From an uncultured bacterium (lineage in GTDB: Bacteria > Babelota > Babeliae > Babelales > Vermiphilaceae), in assembly GCA_963707655.1 (NCBI GenBank), contig OY970172.1, positions 288,001-352,000 on the forward strand: a stretch of DNA of 64,000 nt, given 5' to 3'. Numbering within the stretch: the first letter of the stretch is position 1; every line of letters starts with the position of its first letter. Positions 10,345 to 20,448 of the stretch are shown here, one piece after another. The position numbers were made by a program, and so were the translations under genes. The notes under the pieces were generated by a model. That model did not search any database. It was given only the letters and a program-made list of their open reading frames with translations, and was not told the DNA's origin.

Positions 10345-10704
10345 ATGACAGATAAAACAACCACTCTTGCGGAACTTAAAGAAAAAGTTGCACTTTTTAT
10401 GGGTGAACGTGAATGGGGGCAGTTTCATTCCCCTAAAAATATGAGCATGGCCATTGCAACTGAAGCAGCTGAGCTTATGGAGATTTTTCGTTGGCTCACT
10501 GAAGCTCAATCGTGGGATGCATTAAAGACGAATAAAAAAGAAATTGAGCATGAAATAGCCGATGTTGCCATGGCGATTATTGAATTTTGTAATCAGGCTA
10601 ATATTGATTTAACTACCGCACTTATTGAAAAATTGGATTTGGCCGCGAAAAAATATCCGATTGAGAAAGCAAAAGGAAATTGCGCCAAATACACTGATTT
10701 ATAA
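10345..10704 (+). CDS. MazG-like nucleotide pyrophosphohydrolase (dCTP pyrophosphatase type)
   Basis: EREWGQFHSPKNMSMAIATEAAELMEIFRW...EIADV...KYP. Confidence 0.9.
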   Translation: MTDKTTTLAELKEKVALFMGEREWGQFHSPKNMSMAIATEAAELMEIFRWLTEAQSWDALKTNKKEIEHEIADVAMAIIEFCNQANIDLTTALIEKLDLAAKKYPIEKAKGNCAKYTDL

Positions 10705-10835
10705 TCTATTGAGTAGCATCCGAGCAAGGTTTAACTTTGATGCTAAAATATTATCTTTTTCGCTTTTTGTTATACTAAAGCTCACGCGCTTAGTGCAGTA
10801 TTTAAAAAGATAATAAATTATTATATTGTGTTGCC

Positions 10836-13472
10836 ATGACAGAACAAATATCGGCTGATCTTACGCCATTAATGAGACAATATTTTCAGATAAAAAACGC
10901 CTATCCTGACATGTTAGTTTTGTTTCAGGTCGGCGATTTCTATGAACTTTTTTTTGATGACGCTAAAGCGGCGGCAACATTTTTGGGGATTGCTTTAACC
11001 AAGCGAGGCAAGAATAACGGAGAACCGATTCCTTTATGCGGTGTTCCCGTGCACGCGCTTGACCATTATTTAACTAAATTAGTTCGCGGCGGCTTTAAGG
11101 TAGCTATTTGTGATCAGCTTGAAGAAGCGCAAGCAGGCAAAGTGGTGGAGCGTGGTGTTACGCGAGTGCTCACACCCGGCACGTTAACTGAAGCACAATT
11201 ATTAGATGAAAAATCTGCTTCTTATCTGTTCTCATTCTTTCCGTTAGATAATCAGTGGGGGTTGTTGTTTGGTGAGCTGCTTACGGCGCAGCTTTTTGCA
11301 ACAATAGTGCCTGCCAATGCTGAAAAAATGTTGGATGCAGAATTATCCCGCTTTTTTCCTGATGAAATTCTGGTTCCCTCTACTGTTTTAGCCAAGCCGT
11401 TCCAGCAACAGTTTAAAAAAGCAGGTTATGTGACCACCGTTGTTGAGGGTGCGCCCGATCAGCTTGAAAATGCTCAACGTTGGCTCGAAAAGCAATTTAA
11501 GCCAGAAACGGTTGCACGTATACTTGGTCAGCAGGCTTTATCTTGCGCACTGCAAACCTTTCATGCATATCTGGATAAAAACCAACGCTTGGCGCTTGAT
11601 CAATTTAATTCTTTACATTTTTATCAACCGGAAGATTTTCTGGTTATTGATGCAGCTACCCAAAGAAATCTTGAACTAATAAAAAATAATCAAGACGGCA
11701 GTAGAAAAAGTACTTTGTTGAGTATACTTGACCATGCCGCCACTCCCATGGGATCGCGCATGATTAAAAAATGGATCATGCGTCCGCTTATTGTGCGTGA
11801 TGCCATTGTACAGCGCCAAGATGCTATTGCCTATGCGGTGCAATCGGTTGCTTTTTTACAACAGATAGAAGAGCTCCTTAAAAAAATAGGTGATGTGGAG
11901 CGGGTGATTGGCCGTATTGCATTGCAGCGCGGTTCATTGCACGATTACCTGATGCTTGCTGCCACTTTAGCAGCAGTTCCACCGATAAAAATTATGTTAC
12001 AGCATACAAAGAATGTCTCTTTGTTTCATCTTATTTCATCATTATTAGACGATTTTGTATCATTGCGTGAGCTGCTCGATGCTGCTTTAAATGATGATCA
12101 CTCTCAAGAGTGGCTAATAAAAGGCGGGTTCAATAAAGATTTAGATTCTATGCGCGTAGTCATTGAACAGGCGCAGCTTAAAATTATTGAGCTTGAACAA
12201 CAGGAGCAGCAAAAAACGGGCATAGGGTCGCTTAAAATCAGGTATAATCAGGTGCATGGTTATTATATAGAGGTGACCAAAACACATGCTGACTCAATTC
12301 CCGATTATTATAGACGGCAGCAAACATTGGTTGGGCGGGAGCGGTATACCATTCCGGCATTGCAACAGCTGGAGCGTGAAATTGTAACGGCACGCAATAC
12401 CATTGCGCAGAAAGAAAAAGAGCTTTTTGAAGAGGTAAAGCGATCGGTTGCGCGTTATAGTTCTTCATTGCGTAAAATGGCGCATGCTTTGGCATCGCTT
12501 GATGCGCTCTTTAGTTTATCAAAAGTGGCGTATGACCAAGGCTATGTGCGTCCACATTTAAATGAAGAAAGAATTATTAGTATTGAGCAGGGAAGACATC
12601 CGGTAATAGAACAGCAATTACAGCATAAATTTATAGCCAACTCAACGCATTTAACTGACGATGAATCATTATTAATTATTACCGGTCCCAACATGGGGGG
12701 TAAATCGACCTATTTGCGCCAAGTTGCACACGTGTGCATTCTAACCCATATGGGCGCATTTGTGCCGGCAAAAGGTGCCAATATTGCGCTTCTTGATCGC
12801 ATTTTTAGTCGTATTGGAGCGGGTGATAATCTGGCGGAAGGCAAAAGTACCTTCTTGGTAGAGATGGAAGAAACAGCGGCCATTTGTTTGCAAGCGACTG
12901 AAAAATCTTTAGTAATTTTGGATGAAGTTGGCCGGGGCACAAGCACCTTTGACGGGCTGGCCATAGCACAAGCGGTTGTGGAATATATGCATACAACAGT
13001 GCGTTCACGCTGCTTGTTTGCAACACATTATCATGAATTGGCCCTATTGCAAGATAGTTTTTCTGGCATTGCCAGCTACTATGCGGCGAGTAAAAAGATG
13101 AATGACGGCATATTGTTTCTGTACACCATGCAACGCGGCATTGCTGATGGCAGCTTTGGTATAGAAGTAGCTAAACTGGCGCAGGTGCCCGCTGCAATTA
13201 TTCATCGCTCGCAAGAAATTTTAGATGATTTATTGAGCGGCAATGAGACGCACCCAGCAACAGCAACTAATCCTGTTGGTGTAGTAAGCAGCGATGCACG
13301 ATATGACCAATTAGCGGCGCACTATCAACAGTTATTGGAACGTTATACCATTGCCCAGCAAAAACTTAAAGAATCAGATGAGCTTTCAAAAGAATTGTCT
13401 CATATTGATTATGAGCAGCTTTCACCCAAAGCGGCATTTGATCTGTTGTGGCGATTTAAAAACAGTCATTAA
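10836..13472 (+). CDS. mutS: DNA mismatch repair protein MutS
   Basis: TPLMRQYFQIK, GDFYELF, ITGPNMGGKSTYLRQ, STFLVEM, DEVGRGTST, FATHYHEL. Confidence 0.98.
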   Translation: MTEQISADLTPLMRQYFQIKNAYPDMLVLFQVGDFYELFFDDAKAAATFLGIALTKRGKNNGEPIPLCGVPVHALDHYLTKLVRGGFKVAICDQLEEAQAGKVVERGVTRVLTPGTLTEAQLLDEKSASYLFSFFPLDNQWGLLFGELLTAQLFATIVPANAEKMLDAELSRFFPDEILVPSTVLAKPFQQQFKKAGYVTTVVEGAPDQLENAQRWLEKQFKPETVARILGQQALSCALQTFHAYLDKNQRLALDQFNSLHFYQPEDFLVIDAATQRNLELIKNNQDGSRKSTLLSILDHAATPMGSRMIKKWIMRPLIVRDAIVQRQDAIAYAVQSVAFLQQIEELLKKIGDVERVIGRIALQRGSLHDYLMLAATLAAVPPIKIMLQHTKNVSLFHLISSLLDDFVSLRELLDAALNDDHSQEWLIKGGFNKDLDSMRVVIEQAQLKIIELEQQEQQKTGIGSLKIRYNQVHGYYIEVTKTHADSIPDYYRRQQTLVGRERYTIPALQQLEREIVTARNTIAQKEKELFEEVKRSVARYSSSLRKMAHALASLDALFSLSKVAYDQGYVRPHLNEERIISIEQGRHPVIEQQLQHKFIANSTHLTDDESLLIITGPNMGGKSTYLRQVAHVCILTHMGAFVPAKGANIALLDRIFSRIGAGDNLAEGKSTFLVEMEETAAICLQATEKSLVILDEVGRGTSTFDGLAIAQAVVEYMHTTVRSRCLFATHYHELALLQDSFSGIASYYAASKKMNDGILFLYTMQRGIADGSFGIEVAKLAQVPAAIIHRSQEILDDLLSGNETHPATATNPVGVVSSDARYDQLAAHYQQLLERYTIAQQKLKESDELSKELSHIDYEQLSPKAAFDLLWRFKNSH

Positions 13473-13489
13473 TACGAACAAGGTTGATT

Positions 13490-13966
13490 ATGCATACAAA
13501 AATAGTTGTTTTAAGCATTGCATTTTTAAATGCATCTTTATTGAGTATGGATAGCCAGCCGAAGCTCAATATGGACTGTGATACGAGCGAAACGGTTCAG
13601 GATGTGGTGATTGTTAAACGGTATACCTGTGAAGTATGTAAATTTTCTAGTGATAATTATGGCTCTTCTATGCAGCATAAAAATACGGTAAAACACCGCA
13701 CATTAACAGCAGAAAGCCCTACAGATGAAGAGCGTTTCCTACAAGAAGGCTGGAGTTCTGAGATGGGGCAATTTCTCTGCACAAGGTGTAATACCGCGAT
13801 AAGAAAGTGCAGCTTTCACATCGAAGTAAACTCCTATAAGAAGCACTGCCAAAAGCACGAAGAAAATGATTTAATAAGTATTCTCGCGAACATGAAAAAA
13901 ACAGCGAGCCTCACAAGAGATGCAGGGCCGACTCCACAGGATTATCATCCATACAAAAGTAATTAA
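13490..13966 (+). CDS. Secreted protein with two C2H2-type zinc fingers
   Basis: Signal MHTKIVVLSIAFLNASLLS-MD; YTCEVCKF...QHKNTVKH and FLCTRC...KKHCQKH. Confidence 0.7.
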   Translation: MHTKIVVLSIAFLNASLLSMDSQPKLNMDCDTSETVQDVVIVKRYTCEVCKFSSDNYGSSMQHKNTVKHRTLTAESPTDEERFLQEGWSSEMGQFLCTRCNTAIRKCSFHIEVNSYKKHCQKHEENDLISILANMKKTASLTRDAGPTPQDYHPYKSN

Positions 13967-14503
13967 TTATTCTGACTTGAATCGTTGCAGTGCAGCATGA
14001 ATTACTTCATAAGCTTTTTCTTTTGATTCCCAGCTGCGCACGTAGGTGACTTTGTTTTCTTCAAGTTGCTTGTATGTCTCAAAAAAGTGTTTGATTTCTC
14101 GCTTGAGGTGAATATTAACTTCATCAATGCTGTTAATATTTTTGTAATAGGGGTCTTTGTCTGCTACGGCAATAACTTTCCAATCTCTGCCCGCTTCGTC
14201 TTCAAGATCAAGAACGCCAATGGGGCGCGCTTGCAAGACACAGCCGGGAAATGTTGGTTGGGTGATCAATACTAAAATATCAAGATGGTCACCATCTTCT
14301 GATCGTGTGTGGGGGACAAAGCCATAATCGGTTGGATAAAAGAATGGAGAGTGAAGTACGCGATCAAGAGTCATTGCATCAAGATCTTCATTGTATTCAT
14401 ATTTATTGCGGGCACCACGAGGAATTTCAACAATAACGTTAATAATTTCAGGGGCTTTGTTTCCTATACCAATATGAGCAAATGACATCTTCTTTTTCTC
14501 CAT
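13967..14503 (-). CDS. ppa: Inorganic pyrophosphatase, family I
   Basis: EIPRG..NKYEY, LDRVL, YPTDYGF, DGDHLD, HFFETYK. Confidence 0.95.
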   Translation of the reverse strand: MEKKKMSFAHIGIGNKAPEIINVIVEIPRGARNKYEYNEDLDAMTLDRVLHSPFFYPTDYGFVPHTRSEDGDHLDILVLITQPTFPGCVLQARPIGVLDLEDEAGRDWKVIAVADKDPYYKNINSIDEVNIHLKREIKHFFETYKQLEENKVTYVRSWESKEKAYEVIHAALQRFKSE

Positions 14504-14565
14504 TTAGATGTGAATGTAAATTTACTTAGCCGTTGCCGGGTGACGAACGCGGTGGCTAAGTGGAC

Positions 14566-14597
14566 AAACAGGAGCAGGTAATACCCGCTCCTGTTTT
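14566..14597. terminator. Hairpin terminator downstream of the nucleotide translocase gene
   Basis: AAACAGGAGC-AGGTAATACCC-GCTCCTGTTTT. Confidence 0.65.
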
Positions 14598-14620
14598 AAA
14601 GTATCTAAAAAACTAATTGT

Positions 14621-16021
14621 TTATTCAACAATTTTACCTTCAGCGGTAAGTTTAGCGTTTTTACGGCCAACATACAGAGCTGCTGCAAACCAGATACCAA
14701 TCAAGCCGAAGCTGAGCAAGGTACCGTAGGTCATTAAGTCAGTCAGTGAGTGTTTAAACATATTGGATACTGAAGCTCCGCTTGCTTTAGCTGCGCGGCC
14801 ACCCAAGGTATCAATAACACCTTTTGCTTTAAACTTAACGTCTTTGCTGGTTGGAATATACATCATTTCTTTGGTTGGGTTACTGACTGCATAAGAAATA
14901 CCTTTTGCTAACATCATCACACCAAAGGTAGCCCAGAGCAATGCATTTGGTGTTGGTGAACCTTGGAAGAAGAGGTAGAGACCACCCAAAGCAAGGCCAA
15001 GTCCGATAGGGAAGAAGAGCAAGGCAAAGATTAAACCAAAACGTTTAATCAAGTAGCTGGTACCCAACAATGCCATGAATAATGCCAAGGTGTTTGTTGC
15101 CATACCGTAGAGTGACAAGAATTCTTGGAAGTGCGCTTTGTCGGCATAGTAAGGATGCATATCAGCTTGTGCCTTCATTTGGTAATCAACGATAGTATTT
15201 ACCACTTCATAGAAGGTGGAAACAACTAAAATACCAAGCAAATAGCTACGAGTTACCAGTAATTTAACACCGGCAAACAAACCTTCAAAAAAGCCTTCTT
15301 TTTCTTTTTCTGTTGCATGTGCAGTTTTATTACCTATCCGTTGTTCTGCAGGAATTACACGCATAAAGTATGAGATAACTGCCATGATAGCAACAACTGA
15401 AAGGGTACATACTGCAAACAATTTCCATGGAGCAAATACTGAGCTGAACCAGTTTAATGCTGATCCTAAGATAGCACCCACTTGCGCACCGGCAATAACC
15501 AAAGGATAGCCACGTTTTGCAGAGTCAGTAGCGGTGATAGAACTGGTAAATGACCAGAAGAATGCTACTAAGATAGAACCGAAGCTTTCAATTGCAAAGT
15601 ATGAAGCCCAGCCCATGGTTGCCAGTACTGTTTTACCCAAATACGCATCGCCAAGGGTTGCTTGTGCAAACAAGACGGCAGTAATACCGGTAAAGATGAT
15701 GGCGTAAGCGGTGCAGAGAATGTAGAATAATTTGTGTTTTTCAAACATGTCCACCAATTTAGTGTAAACAGCAACACAGGCAATCACCACAAATACAGAA
15801 TAGAATTTTGCGTCTGGCTGGAAATTTCTACCTTGGTTAGGAGCCCAGCCTAAGTCTGCGGGGAACGCATATTTAAAGAAAATTACATCTTTAAGAAGGC
15901 GTAGTGCCCAATATGCACCAATGGTGAAGAAGAAAGTGAGCGCGAGTAGACCAAATTTCTTAATCTCTTCTCGCTTGAGATCAGGATAAAAATAATGCAC
16001 CACTTGTGTAAACATAGACAC
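14621..16021 (-). CDS. Npt1/Npt2 (TLC) family nucleotide (ATP/ADP) translocase
   Basis: About 12 TM helices; EIKKF, YWALRLLKD, FFWSF, AKRGYP, YAVSNPTKEMMYIP..KDVKFKAKGVID.LGGR.AKA.G. Confidence 0.9.
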   Translation of the reverse strand: MSMFTQVVHYFYPDLKREEIKKFGLLALTFFFTIGAYWALRLLKDVIFFKYAFPADLGWAPNQGRNFQPDAKFYSVFVVIACVAVYTKLVDMFEKHKLFYILCTAYAIIFTGITAVLFAQATLGDAYLGKTVLATMGWASYFAIESFGSILVAFFWSFTSSITATDSAKRGYPLVIAGAQVGAILGSALNWFSSVFAPWKLFAVCTLSVVAIMAVISYFMRVIPAEQRIGNKTAHATEKEKEGFFEGLFAGVKLLVTRSYLLGILVVSTFYEVVNTIVDYQMKAQADMHPYYADKAHFQEFLSLYGMATNTLALFMALLGTSYLIKRFGLIFALLFFPIGLGLALGGLYLFFQGSPTPNALLWATFGVMMLAKGISYAVSNPTKEMMYIPTSKDVKFKAKGVIDTLGGRAAKASGASVSNMFKHSLTDLMTYGTLLSFGLIGIWFAAALYVGRKNAKLTAEGKIVE

Positions 16022-16345
16022 CTTTCTTTTAGATGTATATAGGTTAAAATTGTATCAACTTCAATTAGTCTAATGGTAAAATCCAATCGAGGCAATATTT
16101 TTATGGGAGAAGGGGCTTTCCTGTGCGCTTGCCCGGGACTTCTAAAGGGTTGTACCGTGACCCGCGCCGATCTTTTCAAATAGAATAAAAGCAAAAAAGG
16201 GCTATTTTAAGGGGGAAATAGAGAAAATTTTCTGGACGTTAGCCATATATCTGCTATGCTATGAGGAAACGTGTAAAAATTATATATGATTTGTGGTTTG
16301 ATTACCCAAAACATCTCGTACATCTCACCAAGCAGGATAGAGAAA

Positions 16346-16672
16346 ATGGAAACAGCAGTATTTGATAAATATGCGATTTTTCAAAATGGCAGCAAGCAAT
16401 ATCAAGCAATTGAAGGCAAAACAGTAGCCATTGAAAAAATTGAGGGTGAAGCGGGCGCTAAACTTGAATTTAAAGAAGTTTTGTTCCGCAAAACTGCCGA
16501 AAATACCTTTGAAATCGGTACCCCTTTCATTACCGGCCCGGTAAAAGCATCTATAGTTAAACAGATGAAGGGCCCTAAGGTTATTGCTTTTCGCTTTAAA
16601 CGTCGCCACAAAGTGCGCGTTAAACGCGGTCACCGTCAACAAATGACGATTATCCGTATCGAAGCGATCTAA
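16346..16672 (+). CDS. rplU: 50S ribosomal protein L21
   Basis: YAIFQNGSKQY..EG, IGTPFI, GPKVIAFRFKRR..RVKRGHRQQMT; ATG at 16346. Confidence 0.95.
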   Translation: METAVFDKYAIFQNGSKQYQAIEGKTVAIEKIEGEAGAKLEFKEVLFRKTAENTFEIGTPFITGPVKASIVKQMKGPKVIAFRFKRRHKVRVKRGHRQQMTIIRIEAI

Positions 16673-16706
16673 ATCAATATCCTCACACGGATAGATCCAA
16701 AAATAG

Positions 16707-16737
16707 AAAAGGCACGGCTTTAAAACCGTGCCTTTTT
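16707..16737. terminator. Bidirectional intrinsic terminator
   Basis: AAAAGGCACGG-CTTTAAAA-CCGTGCCTTTTT. Confidence 0.8.
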
Positions 16738-16764
16738 GCTTTGTCGCAAAAAACATCAAAAAAA

Positions 16765-17406
16765 TTACTCTTGAGCAGCTTCTTCCAAGTCTTTGGTGCT
16801 GCCAGCGCATACCAGTTTGTCGCCCGGCATAATCACATATTCGGGGTGGGCAGTAATAATTTTGTCATCTTTTTTGATGCCCAGACAGTTAATTTGATAG
16901 TGGTGAGAGAGATCGAGTTCGTTGATTGTTCTGCCTACAAATCTATCGGGCGCATTAAAAGGGGTAACGGAGAAATTTTTTGACAGGCGCACCAGATCAG
17001 GAAACGGTGAGCTCAGGCTATCGGCAAGGCCGCGGCCAATCTCTTTTTCCGGCAATATGGTGCGATCAGCGCCGACCAACATAAGAATTTCTGAATGCAT
17101 ATCGCTAATAGCCCGGGCGATGACATTACGTACCCCCAATCTTTTTTTAACCAATGCGGTGATTAAAATGGATTGGGCAAAGTTTTCTGCCATGGCCACA
17201 ACCACGGTTTCCATCTCGTCAATGCCCACATTGCGCATTGCCGCTTCGTCGGTAACATGCATGCAAATTGCCTGGGTAACATTATCACGAATTGAGGCAA
17301 CGATCGATTCATTGCTATCAATTGCCATGACTTCAACCCCGTTTTCTGCCAGGCCGGTTGCTACTTCGTAGCCAAAACGGCCCAGTCCAATAACACAAAC
17401 TTTCAT
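16765..17406 (-). CDS. ktrA: KtrA/TrkA potassium uptake regulatory (RCK) subunit
   Basis: VIGLGRFG Rossmann motif, VGAD..ILPE, C-terminal TrkA-C domain. Confidence 0.9.
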   Translation of the reverse strand: MKVCVIGLGRFGYEVATGLAENGVEVMAIDSNESIVASIRDNVTQAICMHVTDEAAMRNVGIDEMETVVVAMAENFAQSILITALVKKRLGVRNVIARAISDMHSEILMLVGADRTILPEKEIGRGLADSLSSPFPDLVRLSKNFSVTPFNAPDRFVGRTINELDLSHHYQINCLGIKKDDKIITAHPEYVIMPGDKLVCAGSTKDLEEAAQE

Positions 17407-17442
17407 AATAAAAATTCCTCTATTCTTCGCGATATCATTTTT

Positions 17443-18798
17443 TTAGCTTAACATGACTCGTTCTTCGGGATAATTAATTTTATCGGCAGCCTGAACCTGC
17501 ATAGTTGTTTTGCGGAAGGCCAAGATGAGGGTTAAAGAACCTATTCTTCCGGCGATCATGCTGAGCATGATAAAAATTTTACTGCTGATGGCAAGTAAGG
17601 GGGTAATGCCAAGGCTGAGCCCTAAATTAGTCAAGGCCGATATTGTTTCAAAGGTAAGATCCATAAAATCAATGTTGGTTTGTGTGATGAGCAGGCAAAA
17701 GAGGACGCTGATGATCCAGCATGCGCTCAACGTGACAATGGTGATCGCTTTTAATACCTGATCTTTTGGTATTCTTCTTCCCTTAATGTTTACCGATGTA
17801 TAGCCACTGATTGCTGATTTAATGGTAGAAAAGAGAATAAAGAGAGAGGTAAGTTTAATACCGCTGCCGGTTGACCCGGGGGCTGAACCAATAAATGCCA
17901 TTACCATAATAAAAAGGAGAGAAGGCATTTGTAATGCGGTTATTGGGACAGAAAGCAATCCGGTACTGCGCAATGAAACGGCGTTAAAAATCGCATTTAT
18001 TATTTTTCCTATAGGACTCATATGGGCAAAGGCATTGGCTCCTTCCAGGATCAGAAATAACAAGGTGCCAATGATGGTTAAGGTAATTGACCCGTAAAGC
18101 GCAATTTTGCTTACCAAAGAAAATGAAAATCGCTTTTTATTATACAATGCTTTGCAATACCCGATAATTTCTATCCAGGTGATAAAACCCAAGCTACCGC
18201 TAAACATTAAAAGTGTAGTTATTATGAGTAAAGGATAATGCGCCTCAAGCATGATATGGGGATGTGCCGCGTGGTCAAGGATTGATATGCCGGCGTTGCA
18301 AAATGATGAAACGGAATGAAAGAGTGAAAGAAAGAGGGCATCGCGAAGCGTATAATGCGCATGAATGCATATAAAAGTAACAATGGCGCCAATAATTTCT
18401 GCGGCCAGGGTTATGCTTATAATAAAGACGATAATTTTACGAATGTTTTTCCATGTTTCTATTTCCATAACGTGACCGGCAAAAAGCTGTGCAGCAAATC
18501 CCAAATCAACAAAGAGGGATAGTACAAATACGGTCAGCGTAATTAAGCCAAGACCACCAATTTGTATAAGCGCGAGCAGCACCGCTTTGCCAAACAGGGT
18601 GAATAGAGTGAGATTTATGGTAAAAAGACCGGTAACGCACGCGGCAGAGGTTGCGGTAAATATGAGATCAAGAAAAGGTATGGGTGCGGTGCGTGCAATG
18701 GGCAAAGCAAGAAGCAGGGTGCCCATTGCTATGGTAATGAATACCGAAAGTAAAATGATTCGTCCGGGAGAAAGATGAGCCAAGCTCGTACTACTCAT
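17443..18798 (-). CDS. ktrB: KtrB/TrkH potassium uptake membrane subunit
   Basis: FTATSAACVTGL, IQIGGLG, FHSVSSFCNAG, FIGSAPGSTGSGIK, FETISAL, YPEERVM. Confidence 0.9.
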   Translation of the reverse strand: MSSTSLAHLSPGRIILLSVFITIAMGTLLLALPIARTAPIPFLDLIFTATSAACVTGLFTINLTLFTLFGKAVLLALIQIGGLGLITLTVFVLSLFVDLGFAAQLFAGHVMEIETWKNIRKIIVFIISITLAAEIIGAIVTFICIHAHYTLRDALFLSLFHSVSSFCNAGISILDHAAHPHIMLEAHYPLLIITTLLMFSGSLGFITWIEIIGYCKALYNKKRFSFSLVSKIALYGSITLTIIGTLLFLILEGANAFAHMSPIGKIINAIFNAVSLRSTGLLSVPITALQMPSLLFIMVMAFIGSAPGSTGSGIKLTSLFILFSTIKSAISGYTSVNIKGRRIPKDQVLKAITIVTLSACWIISVLFCLLITQTNIDFMDLTFETISALTNLGLSLGITPLLAISSKIFIMLSMIAGRIGSLTLILAFRKTTMQVQAADKINYPEERVMLS

Positions 18799-18938
18799 AA
18801 AGTACCTTCTTTAAAAATTTTATTGTCTATCATAGCTAAGCACAGGAGAAGCATGACTGTCTAGCCATGACAATAAAATAGTGGCGAATGAGGATTCAAT
18901 ACGCATGGGCAGAAGGTTCATTTGTTACCGTGCGAACA

Positions 18939-20258
18939 TTAACTTTTAAGCAAAGATTGTAAATAACTTTCAAGTTGATCAATCGCAATGCGTTCTTGCG
19001 TCAATGTATCGCGATTGCGCGCCGTAACTTTATGATCTTGTTCGCTATCAAAATCGTACGTAAAACAGACTGGTGTCCCAATTTCATCTTGACGACGATA
19101 GCGTTTACCAATCGATCCCGATTCATCGAATTGAACCTGGTATCCCTTTGCGCGGAAATCGTTATATATTTTTTCAGTTGCTTCTGTTTGCTTTTTAGTT
19201 AACGGCATGAATGCAGCCTTAATCGGCGCAATTTTTGGGGAAAAGCGCAATACAATGCGCGTTTCATTATCAATAACATCTTCATGATATGCATCAAAAA
19301 GCAGCGTTAAAAAGAGACGATCGGCACCGACAGAAGATTCAACGACATCGGGCAAATATGACTGTTTGGTTTCTTCATCAAAAACAGCCAAATCTTTTCC
19401 TGAGAATTTACTGTGTTGTGAAAGATCGTAATTGCCGCGATGTGCTATGCCTTCAAGCTCTTTCCAGCCGAAGGGGAAGTTGTATTCAACATCATTGCAG
19501 GCAACAGAATAATGCGCCAATTCATTTTTTTCATGGGGGCGCAGGTGGATTCTTTCGGCATTAATGCCAATGCTTGCAAAGAAGTCTTTGCGTGCTTGTG
19601 ACCAGCGTTCAAAGTAATAGGCAGAATTTTCTGGTTTGCAGAACCATTCAAGTTCCATTTGTTCAAATTCGCGCATGCGGAAAAGAAATTGTTTTGGGGT
19701 AATTTCATTACGAAACGCTTTACCGATCTGCGCAATGCCAAAAGGAACTTTCACGCGATTTGTTGAAAGGACATTTTTGAAGTTAACAAAAATTGATTGA
19801 GCAGTTTCCGGGCGCAGATAGGCTATGGATGATTGATTGGCAGCCGCACCCAGATGAGTTTCAAACATCATATTGAACTGACGGGATTCGGTCCATGCTT
19901 TTTTGCCGCAATGAGGGCACGCGCGTTCCAAATCAATATCATCGGTGCGATAGCGATGTTTACAGTTTAGGCAATCAACCATCGGATCACTAAAGTGCTC
20001 AACATGGCCCGATGCTTTCCATACATCGGCAGAGCCAAGCAGCGAACCGTCAAGAAAAATAATGTTTGGTTCGGTCGTGGTGATTGATTGCTTCCATGCG
20101 TTCTTTATGTTTTCTTTTAAAAGGTAGCCGAGATGGCCAAAATCATATACCCCATTTAATCCCCCATAAATCTCAGCTGACTGATAAACAAATCCGCGCC
20201 GTTTGCACAACGCTACCAATTTATCTAAAGTTGCAACTGAATGAGTGGATGTGGTCAT
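18939..20258 (-). CDS. glyQS: Glycine--tRNA ligase (homodimeric type)
   Basis: LCKRRGFVYQSAEIYGG, YLRPETAQSIF, FRNEITP..FLFRMREFEQME, SIGKRYRRQDEIGTP. Confidence 0.96.
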   Translation of the reverse strand: MTTSTHSVATLDKLVALCKRRGFVYQSAEIYGGLNGVYDFGHLGYLLKENIKNAWKQSITTTEPNIIFLDGSLLGSADVWKASGHVEHFSDPMVDCLNCKHRYRTDDIDLERACPHCGKKAWTESRQFNMMFETHLGAAANQSSIAYLRPETAQSIFVNFKNVLSTNRVKVPFGIAQIGKAFRNEITPKQFLFRMREFEQMELEWFCKPENSAYYFERWSQARKDFFASIGINAERIHLRPHEKNELAHYSVACNDVEYNFPFGWKELEGIAHRGNYDLSQHSKFSGKDLAVFDEETKQSYLPDVVESSVGADRLFLTLLFDAYHEDVIDNETRIVLRFSPKIAPIKAAFMPLTKKQTEATEKIYNDFRAKGYQVQFDESGSIGKRYRRQDEIGTPVCFTYDFDSEQDHKVTARNRDTLTQERIAIDQLESYLQSLLKS

Positions 20259-20448
20259 GGAATATTCCTCGATAAAGCCAAAGATATAGTGAAAACTTTA
20301 TACAAAACTTTGTATTAGAATACTCGATTGTCAGATATTTATCAAACGGCCGCCGTGCTTGTTCTGTCGGCTAGCGTTTTATATCAATTACTATAAACTT
20401 TGCAGGTAATTAAAATAGTGGATATGAGTAATAATTTTTTATATAAGG

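Noticed and set aside
18799..18938. c-di-AMP (ydaO) riboswitch upstream of ktrB
   Set aside because: Only a short TGAATCC-like match; the other conserved elements are not visible
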